A DNA stretch of 64,000 nt from Trypanosoma brucei. Taxonomy: Eukaryota. Both the position numbers and the translations under genes were made by a program. The stretch covers positions 3,712,001 through 3,776,000 of the forward strand of contig CH464491.1 of assembly GCA_000002445.1 (NCBI GenBank), given 5' to 3'. The notes below the pieces were generated by a model. That model did not search any database. It worked only from the letters and a program-made list of their open reading frames with translations, and was not told where the DNA came from. Shown in pieces: positions 12,741 to 23,544 of this stretch (positions are counted from its first letter, which is position 1; every line of letters begins with the position of its first letter).

Positions 12741-15700
12741 GTGTAAGTGTATTTTTATGTATGTATGTGTGTAACCCTTCTATAAGGGCTCGGAGGAAAA
12801 AAAAGTAAAAGATAAAATAAAATAAAATGAAAAGAAATGCAATGGAATGGAATGAAATGAAATGGAAAGAAGTAAATTAAATGAGTGGAGGAAAATTTAT
12901 AAAGTTGATTACTTTGGTTTTTTTATATTTATTTATCGTTTGGTACGTGTGCGTGCATGCGTGTGAGGTGTGCTGTCCCAGAACATATCATATCATATTA
13001 TATTATAATATAATAAAATATATCTTTGCGTATCTTTTTTTTTTTTTGCACACAGGTATATATAAATATATAAATAAATAATAAATAAATAATAATAATA
13101 ATATATATATATATTTGGCATTTTCCCTGAAGGAAATGCTTTTATTATGTCAGAAGGAAGGGGGAAAACAAAAAAAAAATAATTTCATATGGACAACAAC
13201 AACAGCAACAAAACTTTTCTTTTAAAATGTCTGCTGAAAGCGAGGTGTTTGAATGTTTTTTTGTTTTTTCTTTAATTTTTACCTTCTTTCCGTTTCTTTT
13301 TATTCAAAGGGTTCCTCTTCATATACGGACGTAATATTATATATTATATCAAAATATTAACATGTTGTCCGGACCCTTGTGCGAGTGTGTTTTATTCATT
13401 TATTTTGTTTTATTTTGTTTTTAAAAATATATAATTCATGCATGGTGGCAGTTCCACCACGCTGAGCGATATTGGACAAACAAACATCGAAAGTGAAAAA
13501 TATTAATAAAAATAGTAATAATAATGATAATAGTGGTGATGAAGGAAATAAGAACAAAAAAAAGGTAAATAAGTGGAAAGTAAGAAGAAAAAGAAGTTGC
13601 AACTCAGAAAAATTATTAGAAATTTGAAAAAAAAATAAAGGAAGGTAAAGCAGCTGAACTTCCGTGATCCTTCCGCTGGATCATTTTTTTTTTTTAATCC
13701 TTCTTTTCTTTTCTTTTGTGCTTGCGCTTGCTTCCCTTTCTTTTCTCTGTTTCCCCCTTATTTTTGTTAAAATTTGTGTTAGCCACGGACCACGTCAGGG
13801 AATATCACAAAAAGAGAAAACAAAACAAAAAAATGAAATGAAATGATATGAAGTAAAAAATAAATACAGAAATAAATATAGTTAAACCCAAACATATTCA
13901 TATGCCTACAGCCTACTGTCAGGCGGGTCTGAAAGGAAAATGAGAAATGAATGTTTTCACTTTAAATTCTAATATTTACTGCACATTTTCTTTTTTGTCT
14001 GTCCTTTTTTTTCTTTATCCCCCTCTTCTCCTCTACCCTTCTTAAAATTCATTTTCCCCCGTGCACTTATTTGGCAAATATTACCATTACCATCACCATT
14101 ACAACTTCCACCTCTTCCTTTTTGCATCATTTGTTCCCACTTTTTTTCCCCCTCTTTTCTATTTTTCGTGTATTTGCCTTTCCCTTTGTCATTACTCTTC
14201 TTTTTTTCTTACTTTTTCTTTTTTTACTTTTTTTCCTTAATATTAAATATCATTTCTTATGCGCACAACCATTTCTTCGTGCTTCTTTTTTTTTTTGTTC
14301 CCCCATTTCCCCCTCCTTTTCCGCCTAAATATGCATTTACTTCGTGTTCCGCTGATGTATTTACTTTTTGTCTTAAGGTGAGACATGAGAGGACGTGAGA
14401 TAAAATGAAAAGGGGACGAAAAATACTGAAGGAATTTTATCGAATGATCGCCGATTATTATTACTATTATTACTACTACTATTATTATTATTATTACTAC
14501 TGTTTTTGTTATTTTTCATGTTGGCGCCGTCGTTTCGTCTTGGTTTCTTCACAGTGCATTTTTATTTTTGTCTCTTTGTTGTTTGGGTCGTTTTGCTCTT
14601 TTTTTTTTCTCTTTTTTTTTTTAAAAAAAAGGGGGGGAGGAGCAACCACTTCGGAATACCCGCGTATTGTTTTTTTTTCATTTAATCAGGAAGCGATTTT
14701 AAGGGAAAAGAATAGCGGAGTGAGGGGGAAAGAAAGCAAAAAAAAAAAGAACAAAAAAAGGAGGAAGAAAGAAAGTCAGCATAAGGTGAAGAAATGGGAG
14801 AGAAATGTAGTAAATTTTTTTTTAAAAAAAGAAAAGGTGTGCGCATAGGAAGTAATACGAGGGTGGAGGGAGGACCGAGTTTTTACTTACTTTTTTTTTT
14901 TTTACTTGTTGTTGTCGCTTACATGTGTTTCAGCAAAATAAATGTGTGGGGCAATGTATTTGCCATGTTTGGTGTTGTTTTCTTTTTTAATGGTTCGTGT
15001 TGTATTGTGTGAGTTCCTTTTTCTGTTTCGGATGTTGTTACGCTGATGGCTAGTTTTGTTGTTACACTGGCACTGAATAGCTCGCTATGTTATAACACTT
15101 ACATATCAATCAACATTTCCTTTATCTTACGTTGTTATATGGACATTAATTTTTGTAAGAGTTTTTTGTTGTAATCCCCCCCCTATTTCCTACATATTAT
15201 TATACAAGAGGCTTCCCTTCCTTTGCCACTGTTTTCTTTTCTTTTCTTTCTTCTTCTTCATGGTCTCGTCTGGATGACTTTCCATTTTGTTTGTTTTTCA
15301 TGTGTCTTGTGTGTTTCCTGCACGTCTACTTGTTAACATTATTCAGATATTGTTATTGTCATTATCATCACTTTCTTTCCTTTTCTTTTCCTCTTTTTTT
15401 AAAAAAATCTCTCTGACTGTTGGATTTTGTCCTCGTCGACTCACAGTGCTGACAAGAAAGTAAAAAAAAAGGAAAAAAAACATATATGCGCGTATATGCA
15501 TGTAAAGGTTGGATTTCTCCTGTACTTTCATTTATTCATGGATAATATGGATAATGTGGATAAATGGTTCTTGTTGATTTATTAATTCTACGTTTTTATC
15601 CTTACTTTTATCATTTTCTTCCCCCTCTCTTTCTCTTCCTCTCTGTGTCTGTTTATGTATCATTTTCAATAAAGATTTTGCGGCCTAGTCGAACTACCTT

Positions 15701-15993
15701 AAATTTGATCCTCATATCACCCGTTTCTATTCTCATTGTTATTGTTATCATTTTGAATGTTTTAAATTTGCGTGCTGCATTATTATTATTATTATTATTT
15801 GAATCGCAGCGAGTGAGTAATTCATTGAACTTAATCGAGGTATTTTAGCAAGGAAGGAAGGGGGAAAAGCAAAAAAAAAAACAAAAGAAGAAAACTACAT
15901 AAATTAACCGACCTACTGGAGATCGCAAAAAGGGACTTCACTTTGTTTTGTTTTCACTCTCCAGAAAGCAAAACATAACCAAAGTGGTGGTTT

Positions 15994-16013
15994 AATATTT
16001 TTTTTCTTTCAAG
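15994..16013 (+). promoter_or_regulatory. Polypyrimidine tract plus AG, the putative trans-splice acceptor for the downstream UEV/CUE gene
   Basis: taatattttttttctttcAAGg lies ~115 nt upstream of the first ATG (16130). This matches the kinetoplastid polyY-AG signal architecture. Confidence 0.5.
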
Positions 16014-16129
16014 GATATACACAAAAATAAGCCAAATTAGTGGAGGCGCTACAGTTAAGTTTTAGGGCCCAGTCTATACATATATATTTCTCTCTAGGTA
16101 CAGTTTCTCCTTCTGTTTCTTCTGAGAAA

Positions 16130-17494
16130 ATGAATGATAGGGAGTTGCGGGCTTACACAAAACTCGATGTCCTCAAGAGGCACTATAGCGCACTAGCGGC
16201 GGAAGCACTGCACGACTACATCAACGACTTTATGCCATACACAGAAAATTTCAAAAACATTTCATGTCACTTCTGCAACAATGACAAACAACTTCTTTTA
16301 ACTTTGGATTGTCCGATCTATGTGATGCCGCCAGGTGTAAATGCCGCTGCTGCACCCCGTCAGGGTTTGGTGCATCCGCTGCGTGTTGAAGTTGTTTTTT
16401 TGGCCAACTTCCCAAACTCTGCTCCCACCGTTAAACTCCTTCCGAATACGTTTCGTTGCGGCAATTTAACCGAATGGCGTGTGCGTCCGGCTTCTAGCAT
16501 CATGGATGAAGATGGTGCCATTCACTTGGAGAAGTTGGCGCTTCTTGAACAGGCTGTGGTCCCGTATTCTCTTTTAGAAATACTTGTGGCACTTACTGAG
16601 CAGTTCGAAGCGGAATTCCCGCTAACTCCATCAGAGAGGGAACCCATCGGACAAAACCCCCCCATAGCCACTGCCACGCCACCCGTTTCCTCGATTGTAA
16701 ATTCTGTTGTTAATAGTACTTTTTGTCCCACAGACGGTTCGGCTCCACCCAACGTTATGCCTGTGCCTGAAATGCCGACAAGTGACCCATCTGTTGTTGG
16801 CCCACATAACCAACTTATTCAAGGGGCGTGCGATGCAGTCATGATTCATTTGCTCTTCAAGGCAGATGCTTATTTGGATACGCGAGCTAAGGCTTTGGAA
16901 TACCTAAAAACGTTAGACAAGGCATCAAATGAACTGCGCAGTGCACTTGCAACACTTGAGAAGAATAAGGAAGAGCTACTGAAGTTCTCTCCCGCCCCCG
17001 GCAGAGTTGAAGACCTCACCACCACCCTGGAGCAAGTCGCGAATTCTATGGAAACACACTCCGATTGTATCGTACCAGCGGATGAGGTGCACGCTCGGGC
17101 GTTAGAGTTGTTAGGGGACATTCACTCCCTGGACGATGTGTTGGAGTTGTTGGAGCGGTCTCTACGGCATGGGCAAATAACGTGCGAGGAATACGTTCGT
17201 CGTGTTTCTGATGTTGGTCGGCAGCAATTTGAAGCTCGGTTTCTCTTTGACCGTTTAACGGCTGCGGTCCGTGGTACCCAAAGATGTGGTACGCCGCTTC
17301 CTTCTGATGTCGTGCCGACGGCAAATGCACGAGAAGAGCCATCCGCAACTCAACCGACAACACTGGCCGAGGTGATTAAACAGCTGCATGAGGAGTTTCC
17401 TGATGTTGAATTGGATGTTGTTAAAGCGGTGCTGGAGGTGACGGAGATGAACCTTTCTGAGACCCGCGTACAGCTTCATGCCATTATGTCGTAG
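16130..17494 (+). CDS. Protein with an N-terminal UEV (inactive E2 variant)-like domain, a central coiled coil and a C-terminal CUE-like ubiquitin-binding helix bundle; candidate ESCRT-I Vps23/TSG101-like
   Basis: The ORF track starts at GTG 16040; the first in-frame ATG is 16130 (MNDRELRAY...). The N-terminus has a UBC/UEV-like pattern: HPLRVEVVFLANFPNSAPTVKLLPNTFRCG ... DGAIHLEKLALLEQ. The C-terminus EVIKQLHEEFPDVELDVVKAVLEVTEMNLSETRVQL aligns with the CUE consensus (xxIKxLxxMFPxxxxxVIxxVLExxxxNxxxxxxxLL). Confidence 0.8.
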   Translation: MNDRELRAYTKLDVLKRHYSALAAEALHDYINDFMPYTENFKNISCHFCNNDKQLLLTLDCPIYVMPPGVNAAAAPRQGLVHPLRVEVVFLANFPNSAPTVKLLPNTFRCGNLTEWRVRPASSIMDEDGAIHLEKLALLEQAVVPYSLLEILVALTEQFEAEFPLTPSEREPIGQNPPIATATPPVSSIVNSVVNSTFCPTDGSAPPNVMPVPEMPTSDPSVVGPHNQLIQGACDAVMIHLLFKADAYLDTRAKALEYLKTLDKASNELRSALATLEKNKEELLKFSPAPGRVEDLTTTLEQVANSMETHSDCIVPADEVHARALELLGDIHSLDDVLELLERSLRHGQITCEEYVRRVSDVGRQQFEARFLFDRLTAAVRGTQRCGTPLPSDVVPTANAREEPSATQPTTLAEVIKQLHEEFPDVELDVVKAVLEVTEMNLSETRVQLHAIMS

Positions 17495-17646
17495 TGGAGA
17501 AGCAACTCTATTGGGATATGCGCGAACGTGTTGTGAGAAGTGGAATTGGTTGGTATGTTACGTACAATAGCGCTGCTGCACTCCCTACTTGTGTTGTAAC
17601 ATTTGGAGTGTTTGTATAAATTCGAGTGGTCAGTGTTTGTTTGTGC

Positions 17647-17668
17647 GTGTGTGTGTGTGTGTGTGTGT
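17647..17668 (+). repeat. (GT)11 microsatellite in the 3' flank of the UEV/CUE gene
   Basis: Direct reading: gcgtgtgtgtgtgtgtgtgtgtgttgagc. Confidence 0.9.
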
Positions 17669-18178
17669 TGAGCGCTTTTCCTTTTTATAGACGCCCGCGC
17701 CAACGGGGTCGCACGATAGGTGCGACTTATTAGCAGGAATTGGGAAGTAATAGCGATAGTAAACTACTGTCGATTTTGTTTTTAGTGATGCAGAGGTGGG
17801 CTGTTGGTTCCGTTTGCGTATTTAAAAAAAAAATTGTTATTCTGTGTAGTCGGACGGCGGGCTGTAACTCTCGTTTTTTTTTCTATGTCGGCTGCCTCCC
17901 GGCTACGTTATTTATTTGCTTGAGTGGGATATAGCTTGGCCGATGATTACTCAACTGTGATTAAAGTCCTTGACACCAGTTTAAATATTCAGTATTTCTT
18001 TTTCCCCCTTTTTTGTAGCTGCGCTGCTGCCTCGACAAGTTCAGTTTGAATACGTTGTTGTTGGAGACGAGGAAAAGATTGATTTTCTTCTCTCTTTTGG
18101 GCTTGTGGCCCTTAACCTCTTTTTGTACCCCTTCGTATAAAGGGAAAGGGAACGTCTCCCACCTCTTAAGACGTGTAA

Positions 18179-18196
18179 TGTGTGTGTGTGTGTGTG
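18179..18196 (+). repeat. (TG)9 microsatellite upstream of the WD40 gene; source of a spurious GTG-initiated N-terminal extension in the ORF track
   Basis: Direct reading: aatgtgtgtgtgtgtgtgtgcaag. ORF 18182 starts at GTG inside this repeat. Confidence 0.9.
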
Positions 18197-18466
18197 CAAG
18201 GGGGCGGGACCATATGTTATGCACGAAAAAGTTGTACCGTAATGTACGAATGCGTGGTGAAACCTAAAGGCACTCTTCTCCCTTTTCTGCCCATATGTAG
18301 GCTTATTCGTACCGTTGTCTTTGTTCTCTTTGCAACCATTTGTTACATTGGAAATGTTAGGCAAGATAAGGTGCCACTTCTTCGACATCTCCTGAGTTAC
18401 CACTTCCCTTTGTCGCCGTCAGGTAGCTCCCGTTCCGCAGTACCGAACATATTTTACAAAGCAAAC

Positions 18467-21427
18467 ATGACTAGCTTAAATGGCAGCAAGAGTTCTGCAT
18501 ATGGAACGTTGAAGTTCACTAACCGGATGGGTACGCCATTGCCATCACCTTCAAAGAAGTTGAAGTCGGCACCGGCAGCTACCGGCGTCCCACCGCCACC
18601 CTTCACTTTAGCGGTTGGGAATCGGACCTCCTCCACCAGCCCGAGGACACCTGTTGCCATGGGTGAAACTTCTGTGGTTTCTTCACCCAATGGTTACAAC
18701 CCTCCTTTGCCCACAATTTCAGATGCAGCTTCGGGGCAGGGGACTGGAAACGGTACTACGAACATAGACGGTGTCGCATATAACCACAGTCGTCGCCGTA
18801 GGCAGCGTGGGCCAACCGGAAAAGCGAGTACGGATAACAATAACACCGCGGAGGTTGCCGCATCATCTCCGGGTGCTCAACCATCTTGTAATTCGTACGA
18901 TTCCGGTGGCACATATAATTCATTCTGGTCCCCCAGAGCAACAAATGCGGATGTTTTAGGATGGCCAAAAGTTGAGGATCACCAAGTTCCTACGGATGAT
19001 GTGCAATTAGGCTCTCACACACGTAGATATGGTGGTTCCCTCGGAGCTGTACCGCGACTATCTGTAAAGGTGCTGGGGATGAGCCCACTTCACGCCAATC
19101 TGCTTGTTGCTCGTCCGTTCGTACGCGTATGGCTGCTAGACGGCCACACCGGGAGAAATCTGATCAAAACAGAGTTTCTACGTTCGTCTTTTGGGGTAAC
19201 GCACCCCGTTGATCTCCGGTGTCGTCACACAAGAGCGCCGTGGTGGGGTGCCGAGCTCCTTTTCTGTGTGCATTCATCTCTCATTGAGGAACCATCAGTA
19301 GATCCACTCTTACTGATGGAGGTGCTTGAAAGTGGTGAGGAGGCGATTAACGGTGTTCCCGTTCCGCGAGACGGTTTCTACCCCGTGTGTTGGGGATTCC
19401 TGAAGCTGAGGAGTGCGAATGGAAGGATGAACATGGGGAAACGTTTGAATATTCAAATGTTTCCTTTCCCCGGGCGTGTATCTGTTCTCACAAGGCTAAT
19501 GCAACAGTTGCCATCCTTCTTGTTTCGCTCCCGAAGGGGGGTGGACGGGGATGATATTGGGCCTTTACACAGCCAAGAAACCACAGAATACGAGATGTGT
19601 TGTGCCTCCGATGCGGTTAAAGGCAACGGTAACACGTCCACGCCACCGGCAATCTTTTACACGTACAAGCGCGCCCAAAACCGTCAGGTTCCATACGCTG
19701 CAACTCTACTCATTTCGCTGAGATGGGAAGATGACATTTCATATGTCCCCAGTGAAGCGCATATATTACCGAGTGAGGAATGTTTTCTCGATCAAATGCC
19801 GGTTTCGCAGGACCACAAACCCAGGAGCACCGCAAGAAGTGCATACTCCGGACGTCCGTGGTCCACGGAAGACAAGAGTGCCAGATATGGTATAAATACC
19901 ACAGCTTTAGGGAGATCTTACTTGCGCAATGAGGATGAGCGAGTGGTGCCTCCACCATTGGTTGTACAGAGCACTCAGATTGTCGGAAAAGTTACTTGTA
20001 TAACATTTGCCGGCGTTGAATCTCTGATGGCACTCGGTGTAACGGACGGAGCTGATTACTTGATTCAGCTTCGCCATGCGCTGGTGTGTGGCGCTCCGAT
20101 TTTTGGTGTTTGCCGTGGGCATGCTGGTCACATACATAGTGTTACATTTCGAAGGGATAGCCAACTGTTGCTATCTAGTTCATCAGACAAAACTGTGAGG
20201 GTGTGGCGGTTGGATAATTTTCCTTCCGCCACAATTTCCTACCAGGTGATGATCGTTCCGTGCCTATGTACCCTGCCACATAGTTTCCCGCTGTATGATA
20301 GCGTGTTCTTTGAAAGCGTTATTGTAACTTGCGGTTTTGATCCGCGGCTCTTTGTATGGAACTACAAAGAATTCGACAACCAAGAAGTGGAAACCACGAT
20401 TGAAAGGGAGCAGTACAACCACAGCGGTGCGGCATGGCAACCCGGAAGAGTTGGCAGCGTACCATTGAGTAGTACAAACTTCAACATCACCACGGCGGGG
20501 TGTGGTGTGGGGCAGGTTGTGTATGAAACAACTGGCGATGATGGAGTAGTCGTTCGTGCGCTTTCCGCTTCGGATCGTGGACGTCTCTGGTCTGTCGATA
20601 CTTTAGGGAATGTGTTGATTTGGCATTCTGAGGATGGTGTCACGCTTGATGGCAGTACCCAATGGAGGATAAGGACGCGCTACCGTTTCAAATGCCCAGG
20701 GGCTACTAAAGTAGAAGTGCATGGAGATAGGGCTTTAGTGACGTGTGAGAAACATCCTGTGGCGTATTTGATTGATGTCATGAGCCACCAACTGCTACAC
20801 ACCATTTATATGCATCAGAAACCGTACATCCCTGTCGTTACACTCCTCCCTGATGGCGAGGCATTTGTGGCGTGTACCTGTGATGGGCGGTTGCTGTATT
20901 GGGAGTGCTTCTCCGGTACGCTATGTACTCCACTTAGTGGTTATGGTGCCATTCGCACTCACGGGAGTCCTCGCCGCATTGTGTGGTCGCCCAACCAACA
21001 GCTAGCAGCCGTTCTCGGTTCGTGGAACCACAGCAGTTTGGCAAGGAGGGAATCACATAGTTCGTTTATGGCACTTACAATCGTTGGTGCTCCAAGGGAA
21101 GAGGGAAATGTTTTACTGCGGACAGATGCTCATTCTGAAGCTAAGTTTCGCTCTCGCCTTATCAGTGGTGAGGCGAGTCCTCCTCTAACGAGAGTCAGCT
21201 CAGCAGGAACGTCGGAATCACCCCTATGGGCCACCTCTGGCCAACCCCAGTCCTCGCGACCCGTCGGGGCGATGCCTTCCTCCATTTTTGAGAGTAAAAG
21301 TTCTCGCATAGACAACATCGTTGCTGTATGGAAGCAACTTACATCCCGTCACCGATGTCGTAGGAGTGAGGAACCTCCGTTTACTGCCAACAGTGGTATC
21401 GACAAGTATGTTGCAGAAAATGTGTAA
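18467..21427 (+). CDS. Large WD40-repeat protein
   Basis: Start trimmed to ATG 18467 (MTSLNGSK...), downstream of polyY tract 18260-18340 plus AG. The repeat HIHSVTFRRDSQLLLSSSSDKTVRVWRL fits the WD40 consensus, and a GRLWSVDTLGNVLIWH-type repeat occurs further on. The N-terminal ~150 aa are S/T/P/G-rich. Confidence 0.75.
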   Translation: MTSLNGSKSSAYGTLKFTNRMGTPLPSPSKKLKSAPAATGVPPPPFTLAVGNRTSSTSPRTPVAMGETSVVSSPNGYNPPLPTISDAASGQGTGNGTTNIDGVAYNHSRRRRQRGPTGKASTDNNNTAEVAASSPGAQPSCNSYDSGGTYNSFWSPRATNADVLGWPKVEDHQVPTDDVQLGSHTRRYGGSLGAVPRLSVKVLGMSPLHANLLVARPFVRVWLLDGHTGRNLIKTEFLRSSFGVTHPVDLRCRHTRAPWWGAELLFCVHSSLIEEPSVDPLLLMEVLESGEEAINGVPVPRDGFYPVCWGFLKLRSANGRMNMGKRLNIQMFPFPGRVSVLTRLMQQLPSFLFRSRRGVDGDDIGPLHSQETTEYEMCCASDAVKGNGNTSTPPAIFYTYKRAQNRQVPYAATLLISLRWEDDISYVPSEAHILPSEECFLDQMPVSQDHKPRSTARSAYSGRPWSTEDKSARYGINTTALGRSYLRNEDERVVPPPLVVQSTQIVGKVTCITFAGVESLMALGVTDGADYLIQLRHALVCGAPIFGVCRGHAGHIHSVTFRRDSQLLLSSSSDKTVRVWRLDNFPSATISYQVMIVPCLCTLPHSFPLYDSVFFESVIVTCGFDPRLFVWNYKEFDNQEVETTIEREQYNHSGAAWQPGRVGSVPLSSTNFNITTAGCGVGQVVYETTGDDGVVVRALSASDRGRLWSVDTLGNVLIWHSEDGVTLDGSTQWRIRTRYRFKCPGATKVEVHGDRALVTCEKHPVAYLIDVMSHQLLHTIYMHQKPYIPVVTLLPDGEAFVACTCDGRLLYWECFSGTLCTPLSGYGAIRTHGSPRRIVWSPNQQLAAVLGSWNHSSLARRESHSSFMALTIVGAPREEGNVLLRTDAHSEAKFRSRLISGEASPPLTRVSSAGTSESPLWATSGQPQSSRPVGAMPSSIFESKSSRIDNIVAVWKQLTSRHRCRRSEEPPFTANSGIDKYVAENV

Positions 21428-21847
21428 AGTTTTCATTTGGTTACTTCTTAACACTGCATAAGCGCGTTGTGGGGAACGTCACAACGCCGAGATAAGCACG
21501 CGTGCGATGTGTGAAAAAAAAATTGTCTGTTTGATTTGTTGTGCGCTATCACTCACTGCAAGCACTGCTGCAGTCACGTGCATTTTATTTTTACCCTTGA
21601 CCGTAGGGGGATGTTATTTTTTTTTTCTTGCTGTTGTGTCGTAGAAGAAGAGAGGTATGTATAGAGCGGTGGAGGAGACTGCTTTTCATTTTATCGGATC
21701 CATGGGTTTGTTGGGATAAACATTAACTTATTTTTTTTTATTCTTATGCCCTTCACCAATACAGTGCTTGCTGTGGCCACCAATGACATAGTTTCTGCGT
21801 ATTTGCTCACCTGCTACACTTACGAATTTGACTGTATGTGCCACACC

Positions 21848-21887
21848 CAACTTTTTCCCTCCCCCTTGTAATATCTTTCATTCGTAG
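21848..21887 (+). promoter_or_regulatory. Polypyrimidine tract plus AG, the putative trans-splice acceptor for the CCT epsilon gene
   Basis: caactttttccctcccccttgtaatatctttcattcgtAGag lies ~40 nt upstream of ATG 21928. Confidence 0.5.
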
Positions 21888-21927
21888 AGATAACCACTAC
21901 TGACATTATACACAGTTATAAGGAGAC

Positions 21928-23544
21928 ATGTCTCTGGCCTTTGATGAGTACGGCCGCCCCTTCCTTCTAGTGAAGGAGCAGGCAAATAAGGAGCGTGTGA
22001 CTGGCGTGGAGGCTCAGAAGGCAAACATACTCGCGGCCATAAGTGTATCCAACGTCTTAAAGACTAGCCTAGGTCCACGTGGAATGGACAAGATCCTTGT
22101 CACACAAGATAACGAGGTTGTCGTTACCAACGATGGGGCCACCATCATGGACCTCATGGACATTGACAACGAGATCGGGCAGCTTATGGTGGAACTCAGC
22201 AAGTCGCAGGATTCTGAGATCGGTGACGGTACCACTGGTGTTGTTTGCCTCGCTGGTGCTCTGTTGGAACAAGCGTCTGGCCTCCTTGACAAGGGGATCC
22301 ACAGCTCTCGCATCTCTGAGGGGTTTGAGAAGGCATGTGAAATTGCCTGTAAGCGGTTGGAGGAGATCGCAGACACCGTGCCCGTCAGCCGTGAGGAATA
22401 CAGTTATTTGCTGCAAACCGCGCGCTCAACACTCAACTCGAAGGTGGTAAACCGTGACCGTGATCGGTTGGCAAAGATATGTGTTGATGCGGTTCTTTCG
22501 GTCGCAGACATGGAACGCCGTGACGTCAATCTCGATCTAATTAAGATGGAGGGTAAAGTCGGTGGATGCCTTGAGGAAACATGCTTAGTGAACGGCATCG
22601 TCATTGACAAGGACTTCTCCCATCCTCAAATGCCCAAGGTGCTGAAGAATCCAAAGATTGCCATCCTCACATGCCCATTTGAGCCCCCGAAACCCAAAAC
22701 TAAACACACCGTGCACATTTCGAGTGCCGAGCACATGAAAGAAATTCACGAGCAAGAGCAGGAATACTTCCGCAACCAGGTCAAACTCTGCAAACAGGCG
22801 GGGGCAGACCTTGTCATCTGTCAGTGGGGATTCGACGATGAGGCAAATTATCTTCTCTATCGTAACGATCTACCAGCTGTGCGTTGGGTGGGTGGTGTAG
22901 AGCTTGAGATGATCGCCATTGCGACCGGCGGAAGGATTATTCCCCGCTTTGAAGATCTTCAGAGCGCCAAGCTTGGAACCTGTGGAACGGTGCGTGAGGT
23001 CGGGTTTGGAACCACAAAAGATCGTATGATCTTCATTGAGGAATGCCCAAGCAGCAAGGCTGTCACGATCTTCATTCGTGGTGGTAACAAAATGATGATT
23101 GAGGAGGCCAAACGTTCTCTTCATGACGCCGTTTGCATGGTCCGCAATCTCATTCGTGACAACCGTATCGTATATGGTGGTGGATCTGCGGAGATAGCGG
23201 CCTCAATGGCTGTGCTTAACTACGCCGATACGGTTTCCACAGTCGATCAGTACGCTATTCGGCGGTTTGCGGATGCCCTTGAGTCGATTCCCATCAACTT
23301 AGCCCTAAACAGTGGATTGGAACCCATCAAATGCCTCTCGCGTGCTCGCATTGAGCAAGTGGAGGGGAAGAACCCCTATGCCGGCGTGGACTGCATGGAT
23401 AGTGGAACACTTGACATGAAGAAGCAGCAGGTGTTCGAAACACTTCAGGGGAAGTGCTCACAACTCCGGCTCGCCACGCAGGTTGTGAAAATGATTTTGA
23501 AGGTTGATGACGTTATCGTAACAAAGCCCGAAGAGGAGGAATAG
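21928..23544 (+). CDS. CCT5: T-complex protein 1 (chaperonin CCT/TRiC) epsilon subunit
   Basis: 538 aa. It shows near-collinear similarity to CCT5. Matching segments: [148 protein letters not shown]. Confidence 0.95.
   Translation: MSLAFDEYGRPFLLVKEQANKERVTGVEAQKANILAAISVSNVLKTSLGPRGMDKILVTQDNEVVVTNDGATIMDLMDIDNEIGQLMVELSKSQDSEIGDGTTGVVCLAGALLEQASGLLDKGIHSSRISEGFEKACEIACKRLEEIADTVPVSREEYSYLLQTARSTLNSKVVNRDRDRLAKICVDAVLSVADMERRDVNLDLIKMEGKVGGCLEETCLVNGIVIDKDFSHPQMPKVLKNPKIAILTCPFEPPKPKTKHTVHISSAEHMKEIHEQEQEYFRNQVKLCKQAGADLVICQWGFDDEANYLLYRNDLPAVRWVGGVELEMIAIATGGRIIPRFEDLQSAKLGTCGTVREVGFGTTKDRMIFIEECPSSKAVTIFIRGGNKMMIEEAKRSLHDAVCMVRNLIRDNRIVYGGGSAEIAASMAVLNYADTVSTVDQYAIRRFADALESIPINLALNSGLEPIKCLSRARIEQVEGKNPYAGVDCMDSGTLDMKKQQVFETLQGKCSQLRLATQVVKMILKVDDVIVTKPEEEE

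Larger units (their letters stand above)
2503..16129. other. ORF-free, extremely AT-rich low-complexity tract (~13.6 kb) of alternating homopurine/homopyrimidine blocks and microsatellites
   Basis: No ORF longer than ~185 aa, and every listed ORF translates to F/L/K/S low-complexity peptides. Contents: A-runs and T-runs, (AT)n, (TTA/AAT)n, (CAA)n, (GGA)n, (GAAAT)n. GC is visibly far lower than in the flanking coding DNA. Confidence 0.85.

Noticed and set aside
13665-13696. Hairpin (tgatcc-ttccgct-ggatca) followed by T13, resembling a Pol III terminator or intrinsic terminator
   Set aside because: T-runs of this length occur every few hundred bases throughout the tract, so the coincidence is uninformative. 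There is no upstream RNA-gene-like sequence (A/B boxes, snRNA motifs).
2552-15848. Dozens of 60-185-aa ORFs on both strands in the ORF track within the AT-rich tract (for example 11269..11826 +, 8241..8681 -, 14405..14848 +)
   Set aside because: All translate to homopolymeric or low-complexity F/L/K/S/Y peptides, as expected from reading poly-T/poly-A and microsatellites. None has a plausible start context or complex composition.
2503-16129. Possibility that the desert is a degenerate retroelement (ingi/RIME/SLACS-like) or a centromeric satellite
   Set aside because: There are no reverse-transcriptase/endonuclease-like ORF remnants, no terminal poly(A) plus target-site duplication pattern, and no fixed-length tandem unit. 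It is only heterogeneous microsatellites and homopolymers.
18182-18466. N-terminal extensions in the ORF track that begin with GTG/TTG (18182, 16040, 30738, 34803, 47493, 50678, 60813)
   Set aside because: Inspection shows these start at GTG or TTG, one of them inside a (TG)n repeat. Eukaryotic initiation needs ATG, and the polyY/AG splice signals lie inside the extensions. I trimmed each to the first ATG.
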